64,000 nucleotides of DNA from Bacillota bacterium. GTDB taxonomy: Bacteria > Bacillota > Sulfobacillia > JAJZYS01 > JAJZLH01. This document shows positions 9,703-18,919 of the stretch, one piece after another; position 1 is the stretch's first letter; each line of letters starts with the position of its first letter. The stretch spans positions 6,742-70,741 of the forward strand of contig JAKAUI010000037.1 in assembly GCA_021827745.1 (NCBI GenBank). Reading direction: 5' to 3'. Below the pieces are notes generated by a model that was not told the DNA's origin, ran no database searches, and saw nothing but the letters and a program-made list of their open reading frames with translations. The position numbers and the translations under genes were made by a program.

Positions 9703-11050
9703 GGAGCCTTTCTCCTCCTTTTTTCACCCGGGGCTTGATCGGTCGCTGGCACAGGCGCGTGAACCGCAGCTGCTCTTGGGCCGTGAGGCGACCAAGGGAC
9801 CAGCCGGCGGGGTCGACCTGGCGGCTTCGGGCGAGCGGCAGAAGCCGCCTGAGCGTGGGCAGCGAGAGGCTGCGGCGTTGGGCCAGAGAAAAGGCCAGCG
9901 CCTGGTCTCTGGCGGCCAGGGCCGCCTGGCAGGCCAGGTCAGGATTGGTGGCCGAGAGCGCCGCAACCACCTCGTTGCGAGCGGCCCTCAGCACCTGCGG
10001 GAAGCGGAGGGTCAGCTGGGCCAGCGCCGGCGCACTGCCCTCCTTGAGGGCGGCGAGCCACAGCGCTGCCTCCCGGGCGCTGCCCGAAGACCGGGCGATC
10101 TCTGCGGCCCGCACATAGAGCCTGAGTCGGTCGTCGCCCTGGGCGGTCAGCAGCGTCTGGTCGAGCAGCAAAAGCGCCTGGCGGGGCGAGGCAGCCAGCA
10201 CCGCCAGTTCCGCCGCCACCTCAGAGAGGGCCGGCGGCGCCTCCGGCAGCCCAGCCAGGTAGGCGAGCGCCAAGGTGTCGCCCGGCCGCATGGCCAGGAT
10301 CCTGGCCGCCCTTAGCAACAGGGCGCTCACATCCTGGCGTCGAGAGCGCAGGTCGTGGAAGTGGACCAGGACCCGGTCCAGGAATACCGCCATGCCATCG
10401 TCATCCAGCCGGCTGGCGAGCAGCGTGCCAAGCGGCAGCAGGCTTGACTCGGGGGCCAGAAGGGCGATGTCCGCCAAATCGACCAACGGCAGGCCGGGCA
10501 GGCGCTGCAGGGCCTCCGTGACCAAAAGCGGGTCCTCTCCCCAGCCCCGGAGCAGGCGGAACAGCGCAGCAGCCTGATCGGCCGGCGAAAGTCCGTCCAG
10601 ACGGGCGAGCTCTTGGCGCGGTTCCGAAGGAGGAATGAAGGGCAGGTCGGTGAAGGCTAAAAGGGCGTCCAGGACCCGATCCTCAAGCAATCCGGCGACC
10701 AGCGGCGCGCTGTCTTGGCTCTGCATCAGCCGCGCGGTCAGGTCGAGGATGTCGACGAAGTCGCCGGGTGCGCGCTGCCAGGCGGCGGCCACGGCCGCCC
10801 CGTGGCGGCACAGTCGGCTGCAGTGCGAGCAGTGGGCGCCCGCTTTGGTCAGCACCACCCAGTAGTCGTGGCGCTCACCGCTGACGGCACCGGCGATGGA
10901 AGAGCCCGCCACCATCAGGTGACTGAGCCGGCCAAGCCCGACATAGTCCTCCCCGATCAGGCGCAGGGGCGGGGGGAAGAGGTCTAGGAAGACATCGGCC
11001 GAAGGCGGTGGGGCCAGGGCGGCGGAGCTGGGGTCTTTCAGACGGACCAC
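9689..11050 (-). CDS. Hypothetical protein; possible N-terminal nuclease-like/Cys-cluster region followed by Leu/Ala-rich helical repeats
   Basis: 453 aa; N-terminus IGEDYVGLGRLSHLMVAG..GERHDYWVVLTKAGAHCSHCSRLC; the remainder is LLxxLA-type repeats; antisense ORFs are Arg/Gly-rich noise. Confidence 0.4.
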   Translation of the reverse strand: MVRLKDPSSAALAPPPSADVFLDLFPPPLRLIGEDYVGLGRLSHLMVAGSSIAGAVSGERHDYWVVLTKAGAHCSHCSRLCRHGAAVAAAWQRAPGDFVDILDLTARLMQSQDSAPLVAGLLEDRVLDALLAFTDLPFIPPSEPRQELARLDGLSPADQAAALFRLLRGWGEDPLLVTEALQRLPGLPLVDLADIALLAPESSLLPLGTLLASRLDDDGMAVFLDRVLVHFHDLRSRRQDVSALLLRAARILAMRPGDTLALAYLAGLPEAPPALSEVAAELAVLAASPRQALLLLDQTLLTAQGDDRLRLYVRAAEIARSSGSAREAALWLAALKEGSAPALAQLTLRFPQVLRAARNEVVAALSATNPDLACQAALAARDQALAFSLAQRRSLSLPTLRRLLPLARSRQVDPAGWSLGRLTAQEQLRFTRLCQRPIKPRVKKGGERLHGQR

Positions 11051-11112
11051 TCCCTTGGCAATCGGGTTTCACGACCGGACGAGATGTGGCCTGCACGACG
11101 AGGAGGTCGACG

Positions 11113-11994
11113 GTGAGCGCAGCCGAGTTGACGGTGGTTGGCTTTCGGTTGCCGTTTCGCCATTTCTCGGACCCCGGGCAACTGAAGGCCGCGCTATTGG
11201 GCCACATCGCAGAGGCCCAGGTGGCGCCGCAGTCGCTGGTGGTCTTTCCTGGTCTTTTGGCGATGGGCCTGCTGGCGCCTGACCTGTCGATGGTGCCGAC
11301 CGGCCTGGCCGAGCGGCTGCGCCAGGGAGCAGGCGACCTGGAGGCCACCTATCTGACCGTGGGCGAGGAGATCGCTAGAGAGCGTCACATCTACCTGGTG
11401 CCAGGCTCGGTCTGGCTTCCGGCGCCGATCGGCTACACCCACCGGGCGTGTCTGTTCGACCCGGACGGACGGCTGCTTGGCTGGCAGGAGCAGACCCACG
11501 CCTACCTGTGGGAGGCAGAACTGATCGCCTCGGCTGAGGTTGCGGTCTGGCAAGTCGGCCCGCTGCGGGTCGGAGTGCTGTTGGGCGCAGACCCGTGGGT
11601 GCCGGAGGTGTCCCGGGTGCTCACCCTGCAGGGTGCCGACCTGCTGCTCGCTCCCCTGGCGCCGATCGCCCCATACGCCTCGGCCCGGGCGATGGCCGGG
11701 TTGTGGCAGGAGGTGCAGCAGAACCAGACCTACGGCCTGGAGACGGGGCTGACCGGCCCCTTCTTCGACCTGGGTGTGGACGGCAAGCTGGCCGTGCTGG
11801 CTCCCTGCGAGCTGACTCCGGGCGAGACCGGGTTCTTCGGCGAGGCGGGCTACGTCGTGTCCCAAAAGGCGCGCTCGGCCGTGCTGGAGCCGGCCGACCT
11901 CCATGCCCTGCGCGAGCGCTATCCGCTACTCAGGCATCTGAATCCCGATCTCTACCGTCGGCACTGGCAGGAGCGGGGAGAGGGCCGGCCATGA
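11113..11994 (+). CDS. Carbon-nitrogen hydrolase (nitrilase superfamily) paralog lacking the catalytic triad (pseudo-enzyme)
   Basis: GTG 11113 lies 6 nt after AGGAGG; collinear with the downstream CN hydrolase, but VVFPG replaces FPE (E to G), EQTH replaces VKCH (K to Q) and VLLGAD replaces ICMDA (C to L). Confidence 0.6.
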   Translation: MSAAELTVVGFRLPFRHFSDPGQLKAALLGHIAEAQVAPQSLVVFPGLLAMGLLAPDLSMVPTGLAERLRQGAGDLEATYLTVGEEIARERHIYLVPGSVWLPAPIGYTHRACLFDPDGRLLGWQEQTHAYLWEAELIASAEVAVWQVGPLRVGVLLGADPWVPEVSRVLTLQGADLLLAPLAPIAPYASARAMAGLWQEVQQNQTYGLETGLTGPFFDLGVDGKLAVLAPCELTPGETGFFGEAGYVVSQKARSAVLEPADLHALRERYPLLRHLNPDLYRRHWQERGEGRP

Positions 11995-13061
11995 GCTTTG
12001 AGCTGTGGATGGTGCGCCTTCGGCTGTGGCTGGCGTCCAGGCCAGGGAAGGCCCACCGGGCGCTTGGCCGGCCAAGGCGCGCCGCCGTGGCGACGCCCCG
12101 GGTGGGCGTGGTGCGGGTGGCTGCCGTGCAGATGCGCTTTCGCTTCATCTCGTCGGCCAGCGTCTTTGCCCGCGCCGTCGCCCAACTGGTGGACCAGGCG
12201 GCTGCCGGCGGCGCCGAGCTGGTCGTGTTCCCGGAAGACGTGGGCATGATGCTCTTTGGCATCTTGCCGCGCTTTGAGCGCATCGCCGCCACCGGGTCGA
12301 TGGAAGAGGCGTTGGCCCGGATCGGGTCCGATGTCAGCGTGTCGAGCATCGTCGAGCTGGTCGGCCGGTCGGCAGAGCGGATCTATCTGTCGGTCTTCAG
12401 CCGGCTCGCCCGCGACTACGGGATGATGATCCAGGCCGGATCGATGCCGGTGATGAGCCGGGACGGCCGGGTCTACAACGTGGCCTATCTGTTTGGCCCG
12501 CATGGCCAGCTGATGGGCACCCAGGTCAAGTGCCACCTCTTGCCGCTGGAGGCCGAGTGGGGATTCGCCGCCGGGGACGAACTGGTGGTGCTTGACACGC
12601 CGATCGGCCGGCTGGCGCAGCCGATCTGCATGGACGCCACCTACTTCGAAACCTTTCGCATCCTGAGTGCCGACGGGGCCGAGGTGGTCTGCCTGCCTGT
12701 CGCCGATCCGGACCCCAGCGGCAACCCCTTCAAGTCCCTGCGCGGCCTGTGGCCCAGGGTCCAGGAGAGCTCTGTCTACGGCATCCAGTCCTGCATGGTC
12801 GGAACCGCCCTGGACCTCACCTTCACCGGTCGCAGCGGCATCTACGCGCCGCTTGATCTCACGCCGTCCGGGGACGGGGTCCTGGCCCAGGCCCTGTCCG
12901 ACGACGAGGAGATCGTGCTGGCCGACCTGGACATGGACGCCCTGCGCACCTTCCGCAAGGAGGAGGCGATTCGGGCCAACGCCGCCTTCGTCCGCAACTA
13001 TTTCCCGTCCATCTACCGCGGATTCTGGAGAGGAGGGGCGAGCGGTGCGACTCGTCGCTGA
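11991..13061 (+). CDS. Carbon-nitrogen hydrolase (nitrilase/amidase superfamily), catalytically intact
   Basis: E-K-C triad present: VVFPEDVG, QVKCHLLPLEAEWG, AQPICMDATYFE; ATG overlaps the upstream stop (ATGA). Confidence 0.8.
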   Translation: MSFELWMVRLRLWLASRPGKAHRALGRPRRAAVATPRVGVVRVAAVQMRFRFISSASVFARAVAQLVDQAAAGGAELVVFPEDVGMMLFGILPRFERIAATGSMEEALARIGSDVSVSSIVELVGRSAERIYLSVFSRLARDYGMMIQAGSMPVMSRDGRVYNVAYLFGPHGQLMGTQVKCHLLPLEAEWGFAAGDELVVLDTPIGRLAQPICMDATYFETFRILSADGAEVVCLPVADPDPSGNPFKSLRGLWPRVQESSVYGIQSCMVGTALDLTFTGRSGIYAPLDLTPSGDGVLAQALSDDEEIVLADLDMDALRTFRKEEAIRANAAFVRNYFPSIYRGFWRGGASGATRR

Positions 13062-13452
13062 TCAGGGGTGCCTCGTCTGTGGCACAGCCAACCCGATCGG
13101 CCTGCAGGTCCACTTCGACGTGGAGGGTGGCCACGCCCACGCCGAGCTGGTGCTGTCCGAGCTGTTCCAGGGCTGGCAAGAGGTGGCGCACGGGGGCGTG
13201 GTCAGCGCCCTCTTGGACGAGGCCATGTTCTACGCCTTGGCCGAAGAGGGCTGGCGGGGCATGACCGCCGAGATGACGGTGCGCTTTCTGAAGCCGGTGC
13301 CGCTCGGCACCACCCTCCTCCTGACGGCGGAGCGGGTCAAGCTGCACCGCCGCCTGGGCCGGGCGACGGCCCGTCTGTGCAGCGGGGACGATGTTCTGGC
13401 CGAGGCCAGCGGCACCTTTCTGGCCACGGCTGAGCGGGGACCTCGGCGATGA
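13045..13452 (+). CDS. Hotdog-fold thioesterase (PaaI/4HBT family)
   Basis: GTG 13045 lies 8 nt after AGGAGG; HGGVVSALLDEAMFYALA and TAERVKLHRRLGRATARLC are typical PaaI-like motifs; overlaps the upstream CDS end by 17 nt. Confidence 0.7.
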   Translation: MRLVADQGCLVCGTANPIGLQVHFDVEGGHAHAELVLSELFQGWQEVAHGGVVSALLDEAMFYALAEEGWRGMTAEMTVRFLKPVPLGTTLLLTAERVKLHRRLGRATARLCSGDDVLAEASGTFLATAERGPRR

Positions 13453-14477
13453 GCCGGATGGAGGCCGAACTCGGGATGACCCCCGAGCTGGTGGCCGCCC
13501 TCACCGCTCCGGACCGGGTGCGCAGCCAGCTGCGCGACCAGGGGCTGAGACCCTTTCGGCACCTGGTGCTCACCGGCTGCGGCAGCTCGTACTTCGCCGC
13601 CCATCTGGCCGCCATCCAGCTCCGGGCCAAGGGGTTTCCGGTGGGCCTGGAGGACTCAGGGGATCTGCTCACCGAGGCGGTGACGCTGTCCAGCGAGGAC
13701 CTCCTGGTGGTGCTGACCCAAAGCGGCGAGACCAAGACGGTGCTGGAGCTGATGCGTCGGCGAAGGCGGCAGGGAGACCAGCAGGTGGTGATCACCGGTC
13801 ACCCGGAGTCCGAAGCGGCGTCTTTGGCCGATGTGGTGGTGGACAGTGGCTTTTTCGGAGACGAGTCCTTGTGCCACACGGCCAGCGTGATGGTGTCCGG
13901 CCTCCTGGCGCTCGAGGTGGTGGCCAGCAGCGACCGTAGGCGGGGCACGTCGGGCCGGGTGCTGCAGCCGGACCGAGCGCGGCTGTCTGCCAGCCTCAAG
14001 GCGCTCTTCGCGAGGCGCAATGAGATCGGCGCCTGGATCGACTGGACCGCAGTCACGCACGCCCTCCTGCTTGCTTCGGACCGGACGTGGCCGGTGGCCG
14101 AGGAGGGGTCTCTGAAACTGGCCGAGGCGACCTATCTGCCAGCGCTGGCCGTGCGCTTCGAGACCTTCTTCCATGGCTATATCCCACTCACCAACCCGAA
14201 CACGGCGGTGGTGGCCCTGCTCACATCGAAGGCAGACGCCCGGCGGGCCGCCGAGTTCGAGCTGGTGCGGCGGACGGTCGGCTTCCAGGGCAAGGCGGTG
14301 GACCAAAAGACCCTCGGGCTTGGCTCAGACAGCGAGGAAGATGTGCTCTTCCCCTGGCTGGCGCTCTATGCCATGCACCTGATCACGTTGGGCGCCGCCG
14401 GTCAGCGCAGGACCAACCCGGATCTGCTGCGCCGGGAAGACCCCAAATACCTGTCGGCGCGCCAGATGCACCGCTGA
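13449..14477 (+). CDS. SIS-domain protein (GlmS-isomerase/AgaS-like, two SIS domains)
   Basis: HLVLTGCGSSYFAAHLAAIQL...LLVVLTQSGETKTVLE is the SIS phosphosugar-binding motif; a second SIS-like half follows. Confidence 0.75.
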   Translation: MSRMEAELGMTPELVAALTAPDRVRSQLRDQGLRPFRHLVLTGCGSSYFAAHLAAIQLRAKGFPVGLEDSGDLLTEAVTLSSEDLLVVLTQSGETKTVLELMRRRRRQGDQQVVITGHPESEAASLADVVVDSGFFGDESLCHTASVMVSGLLALEVVASSDRRRGTSGRVLQPDRARLSASLKALFARRNEIGAWIDWTAVTHALLLASDRTWPVAEEGSLKLAEATYLPALAVRFETFFHGYIPLTNPNTAVVALLTSKADARRAAEFELVRRTVGFQGKAVDQKTLGLGSDSEEDVLFPWLALYAMHLITLGAAGQRRTNPDLLRREDPKYLSARQMHR

Positions 14478-14510
14478 CCGCAGGCGATTGATCCTCCCCG
14501 GGCCACGGCC

Positions 14511-15419
14511 TCAGGGCGCTGCCTGTGCCCGACGCTGGCGCAGGCGCTGGAGCGTGCCCTGGGAGACCACGATGCCGAGCATGATGACGAGCGCACCGAG
14601 CGGCTCGTTCCACGTCATCGCCTCGCCGAGCAACACCACGCCGGCCACGGTGGAGACGATCGGAATCAGATAGGTGACCATCGACGCCACAACGGCACCG
14701 GCGTCGCGGATGATGGCGTACTGGAGGACGAAGGCCGCACCGGACCCCAGGATGCCGAGCGCCAGCACGCTTGCCACCGCCCCCAGCGGGAGGCTCGTCG
14801 GAAGACGGGCGAAAAACGGGACAAAAAAGGCGACCTCAACAGTGGCGCAGAGCAGCTGACCGGTGACCAGCGAGACGACACTCTCCCTTCTCCCGACCAG
14901 AAGCCGGCGGGCGAGGACCGTGGCCACGCCGTAGCAGAGAGCGGCGCCCAGGCACATCAGGGCGCCAGCGACCCGTTGCCCGCCGAGGCCCGACCACACC
15001 CCCAGCACAGCCAGGACGCCCAAAAAGCCGATGGCCAGGCCGCCGAGGCGCCGTACCGTGGCCGACTCGTCGGGCAGGAAGAGCATGGCAAGCGGGGCGA
15101 CCATCAGGGGGGTGGTGGCGTTCAGGATGCCGGCGAGGACCGAGGACACTTGGAGTTCCCCGTAGGCGAACAGGGTCCAGGGCAGGGCATTGAACAGGAG
15201 GGCGATCAGCGCCAGCTGCCCCCATGTCCGCCAGCCGCGGGGCAGGCGTTCTCTGCGCGAGGCGAGCACGATCCAGATGGTGGCGGTGCCAAGGGCCAGC
15301 CGCCCCAGCACGACCCAGAGCGGCGACAGGCTCTGGTCGCCGATCTTGATGAAGAAGAACGAAAATCCCCAGATCACGCTCAACAGCGCCAACTGGACGG
15401 GCCAACCAGGCTTGCGCAT
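14511..15419 (-). CDS. DMT-superfamily transporter (EamA family)
   Basis: 302 aa, 10 TM helices, duplicated EamA halves (LLSVIWGFSFFFIK...). Confidence 0.8.
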   Translation of the reverse strand: MRKPGWPVQLALLSVIWGFSFFFIKIGDQSLSPLWVVLGRLALGTATIWIVLASRRERLPRGWRTWGQLALIALLFNALPWTLFAYGELQVSSVLAGILNATTPLMVAPLAMLFLPDESATVRRLGGLAIGFLGVLAVLGVWSGLGGQRVAGALMCLGAALCYGVATVLARRLLVGRRESVVSLVTGQLLCATVEVAFFVPFFARLPTSLPLGAVASVLALGILGSGAAFVLQYAIIRDAGAVVASMVTYLIPIVSTVAGVVLLGEAMTWNEPLGALVIMLGIVVSQGTLQRLRQRRAQAAP

Positions 15420-15422
15420 GCG

Positions 15423-16028
15423 CTAGCTCTGGGCGCGCACTGGCGCGCTGTGCCTTGGCTGTGCAGCAGCCACCAGGCCGTGGGCACCAAAAGGCGCTCC
15501 CTCATGGGACAAGAGCCACTGCTTTTGGTCCAGGCCCGAGGCGTAGCCGGTGAGTTGGCCGGACGACCCGATCACCCGGTGGCAGGGGACGATCAGGGCC
15601 AGCGGGTTTCTGGCGTTGGCTTGGCCGACGGCCCGACCTGCCTTTGGGGCGCCAAGCAGCCGGGCGACCGCCCCGTAGCTTCTGGTCTCGCCGTAGGGGA
15701 TCGTCACGAGCGCCTGCCAGACCAGCAACTGAAACGCGCTGCCGCTGGGGGCGAGGGGCAGGGCAAAGGCGGTGAGCCCGTGGTCGAAGTAGGCCTCGAT
15801 CTGGCGGATGGCCTCCGAAAAGGGCGCCCGGTCTTCGCCCAGCGTCGCCAAGACGGGCGGTTGGCGGTGGTTTGTCAGCAGGTACAGGCCGGTCAGCGCC
15901 TCTCCGTTGGACAAAAGCGTCAGCGCGCCGAGGGGGCTTCGCACCGTGGTCCAGTACTGAGTCTCTTTTGGCGGGTAGAACGGGGTTCTCTCAGCCGGCT
16001 GGTCGATCTGGACCATCATCTTCGCCAC
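15423..16028 (-). CDS. ogt: Methylated-DNA--protein-cysteine methyltransferase
   Basis: Active-site PCHRV motif (ALIVPCHRVIGSSGQLTGY) plus the helix-turn-helix DNA-binding region. Confidence 0.85.
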   Translation of the reverse strand: MAKMMVQIDQPAERTPFYPPKETQYWTTVRSPLGALTLLSNGEALTGLYLLTNHRQPPVLATLGEDRAPFSEAIRQIEAYFDHGLTAFALPLAPSGSAFQLLVWQALVTIPYGETRSYGAVARLLGAPKAGRAVGQANARNPLALIVPCHRVIGSSGQLTGYASGLDQKQWLLSHEGAPFGAHGLVAAAQPRHSAPVRAQS

Positions 16029-16029
16029 C

Positions 16030-17592
16030 TCACCTTTCTGCTCGAAAGATCGGAACAGACGGTGCAGCCGCCTCTAGGTGCTCGCCGGCACTGGGCCCGG
16101 ACGCCAGGGCGCCTTCGCCGAGTGCCCACAGGTGCTGGAGGGCATATGCCCGCCACGGCCGCCAGCGCTCTGCCAGAGCCGTGACGGCGTGGACGTCGGT
16201 GGGCAGGCCCAACCTGGCCATGGCCTGGCGCAGCCCGAGGTCGGTCTCGAGAAAGGCGTCTGGGTCAGCGAGCGAGCGCATCCGGATGTAGGCGACCGTC
16301 CAGGGACCGATCCCAGGCAGCTCCTGCAGCTGGGCTGACACCCGATCCCGGTCAGCGCCGCCGTCCAACTGGAGCGATCCATCTGCCAGCGCCGCGACCA
16401 GGGCGCCGAGCGCCCGCTGGCGGGCCTTTGGCATGCCGATCTCCAGCGGCGCGCCGGCATTCAAGGCGGCTGCCGTCGGGAAGGCATGAGTGAGGGAGCC
16501 GTCTGGTCTGGCGAGCGGCTCGCCGTAGCGGGCGGCGAGCTTGGCGGCAAGCAAGCGGGCGGCGCCGATCGAGACCTGCTGGCCGAGCACGGCCCGCACC
16601 GCCAGCTCATGTTCGTCGACGTGACCGGGAAGCCGGCGGCCGGGATTGGCGCGGACGAGCGGGCCGAGGTGACGATCTCTGCCCAGCGCCTCCGCCACCG
16701 CCCCGGGGTCGGCGTCCAGGTCGAGCAGCCTGCGGCAGCGCTGCACGGCCGCCGTCAGGTCACGGAGGTCCTGCAGCCAGATCTCGCACTCGATGTACGA
16801 GCTGGCGGTCGCTTTGGCTCCGGACGTCCGCCTGGGCAGCCGCAGCGCCACGACTGCCAGTTGGTGCGGCAAGGACAGCACCCGCCGATAGGTGTCTTCC
16901 GTGCACTCCTCGACGCCTGGGACGGCCCGGGCTGCCAAAAAGCGGAGCAGGGCGGCGAAATCGAGCGGCGGCCGATAGGGCAGCCGGAGGCGGATCACGC
17001 CGGCGGCCGAGTCGGCGGCCACGTCTTCACGGCCCCGCACCCGAGAGCGCACCTCGCTCGGCGTGCATCCGTAGACCAAGCGGATCGTGTCGTTGAATTG
17101 GCGGATGCTGCGAAATCCCGCCCCGAACGCCACGTCGGTCATCGGCCGGTCGGTCGTCTCCAAGAGGATGCGGGCCGTGCGGCTGCGCTGAGCCTGGGCC
17201 AGGGACTGGGGACCGGCCCCCAGCTCGGCCATCAGCTGACGGTTCAGCTGCCTGGGGCTGTACGACAGTCGTCTCGCCAAGCCGCTGACGCCGTCTCGGT
17301 CGACGACGCCGTCGGCGATCAGTCGCATCGCCCGCCCCACCAGGTCGGCCCGGGCATTCCATTCCGGAGAGTTGGGCGTGGCATCGGGACGGCAGCGCTT
17401 ACAGGCCCGATATCCGGCCTGCTGAGCTGCCGCCGCCGTCTTGTAGAAGCGCACGTTGGCACGCAGCGGCGTCCTGGCGGCACAGCTCGGCCGACAGTAG
17501 ATGTGCGTGGTGCGCACGGCCGTAAAGAACATCCCGTCGAAGCGGGCGTCCCGGCTCTGCACGGCTCTGTAGCAAATGTCGTGATCGAGCAT
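16030..17592 (-). CDS. ada: Ada regulatory protein fused to DNA-3-methyladenine glycosylase II (Ada N-terminal Zn domain, AraC HTH, AlkA HhH-GPD)
   Basis: N-terminal Cys4 methyl-acceptor domain FTAVRTTHIYCRPSCAARTP..CKRCRP; AraC-type HTH; C-terminal HhH-GPD glycosylase (LQELPGIGPWTVAYIRMR). Confidence 0.85.
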   Translation of the reverse strand: MLDHDICYRAVQSRDARFDGMFFTAVRTTHIYCRPSCAARTPLRANVRFYKTAAAAQQAGYRACKRCRPDATPNSPEWNARADLVGRAMRLIADGVVDRDGVSGLARRLSYSPRQLNRQLMAELGAGPQSLAQAQRSRTARILLETTDRPMTDVAFGAGFRSIRQFNDTIRLVYGCTPSEVRSRVRGREDVAADSAAGVIRLRLPYRPPLDFAALLRFLAARAVPGVEECTEDTYRRVLSLPHQLAVVALRLPRRTSGAKATASSYIECEIWLQDLRDLTAAVQRCRRLLDLDADPGAVAEALGRDRHLGPLVRANPGRRLPGHVDEHELAVRAVLGQQVSIGAARLLAAKLAARYGEPLARPDGSLTHAFPTAAALNAGAPLEIGMPKARQRALGALVAALADGSLQLDGGADRDRVSAQLQELPGIGPWTVAYIRMRSLADPDAFLETDLGLRQAMARLGLPTDVHAVTALAERWRPWRAYALQHLWALGEGALASGPSAGEHLEAAAPSVPIFRAER

Positions 17593-17853
17593 GGCGCCAC
17601 CATATCAGGCAGCAGATGGCCGCGCTAGCGGATTTCGGTCATCAACATGACAAGGGGTCGTACGTGCCGGACCCTTGATCACCGGTTGCCGCACAGGCAC
17701 CTGGGAGGGTCGCTGCTGAGCTCTGGTGGCTGTGGATCGGGGGAGTCCGCATGGGGCCGACCACGCCTGATCGCCGGAACGACGCCTAACGCTCGTGCTC
17801 CGGCACCGGATCGGTCATTGATCCATCGCACTGGCCAGCGTATCATCCCCGGC

Positions 17854-18585
17854 ATGAAGGACTATCAGCCGATGGACAGCTTCGATGAGAACAGCGCGGC
17901 CATCTATGACGATGTGCCGCGGGGCGATGAGGCGGCGGCGACGAGGTTCTTGGCCGAACGGGCCGGCGGTGGACCAGCTTTGGAATTGGCGATCGGAACC
18001 GGACGCATCGCTCTGCCGCTCGCCGCCAAGGGGGTGCGGGTCGACGGAGTCGATCTGTCCGAGCCGATGGTCAAGCGGCTTCGGGCCAAGCCGGGCGGCG
18101 AGAAGTTGTCGATCACGATCGGCGACTTTGCCGACGTGCCGGTCTTGGGCCGGTACAAGTTGATCTATCTCGTGTACAACACGATCTTCAACCTCTTGAC
18201 CCAAGACGATCAGGTGCGCTGCTTCACGAATGTGACGAGCCATCTCGCCGAGGACGGCTGCTTCGTGGTGGAGGCGCTGGTTCCGACCTACCTCACCCAG
18301 TTGCGCGACGGCCAATATGTGGACGCTGAACAGGTCGGCACAAGAGAGGTGACACTCGACGTGGGCCGCTACGACGCGGCATCCCAGCGACTCGAGGAAA
18401 GCCATGTGGTGCTGTCGGAAAAAGGCGTGCGGGTGTACCCGATCGTCACCCGCTACATCTGGCCCAGCGAACTCGACCTGATGGCGCGCATCGCGGGGCT
18501 GCGTCTGAGAGAACGCTGGGCCAGCTGGGACCGTGAACCCTTCGATTCCCAAAGCCGCAACGCTGTCTCTGTCTACGGGCTCTGA
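17854..18585 (+). CDS. Class I SAM-dependent methyltransferase
   Basis: SAM motif I LELAIGTGRIALPLA, then GVDLSEPMV and a DGCFVV-type motif; start taken at the ATG for MKDYQ within the longer ORF. Confidence 0.7.
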   Translation: MKDYQPMDSFDENSAAIYDDVPRGDEAAATRFLAERAGGGPALELAIGTGRIALPLAAKGVRVDGVDLSEPMVKRLRAKPGGEKLSITIGDFADVPVLGRYKLIYLVYNTIFNLLTQDDQVRCFTNVTSHLAEDGCFVVEALVPTYLTQLRDGQYVDAEQVGTREVTLDVGRYDAASQRLEESHVVLSEKGVRVYPIVTRYIWPSELDLMARIAGLRLRERWASWDREPFDSQSRNAVSVYGL

Positions 18586-18919
18586 TCTGGCACCTGACCG
18601 GGCTGGTCCGTATCTTCTGCAAGCCACATGGAGGCACAGTTTCCCCAGACGCCGTCGTGCTCCCCAGAGGTGCCTCCGTGGCAGCGCTTACCGCAGCCCT
18701 GAATCAAGCGTGGTTGAGCCGATTGCGAGCAGCGCATGTGACCGGAGAGAGCACAAGATTCGCCAACCAACCGGTCGGCCAGACCACATCCTGAAAAGAC
18801 GGCGCTGTCGTGGAACTGATCTTGAGCTAATCGTTCGGCTGGTCTCCGGCCAGCCGACTCCGGCGATGCCGGATCGTCGGACACACGCCGCCTGTGGTCG
18901 GACGCTGTAAAGTGATGGT

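Noticed and set aside
9416-10315. 299-aa plus-strand ORF overlapping the IMPase and the 453-aa orphan
   Set aside because: Arg/Gly/Pro-rich; the opposite-strand ORFs have protein-like composition, and IMPase motifs lie on the minus strand.
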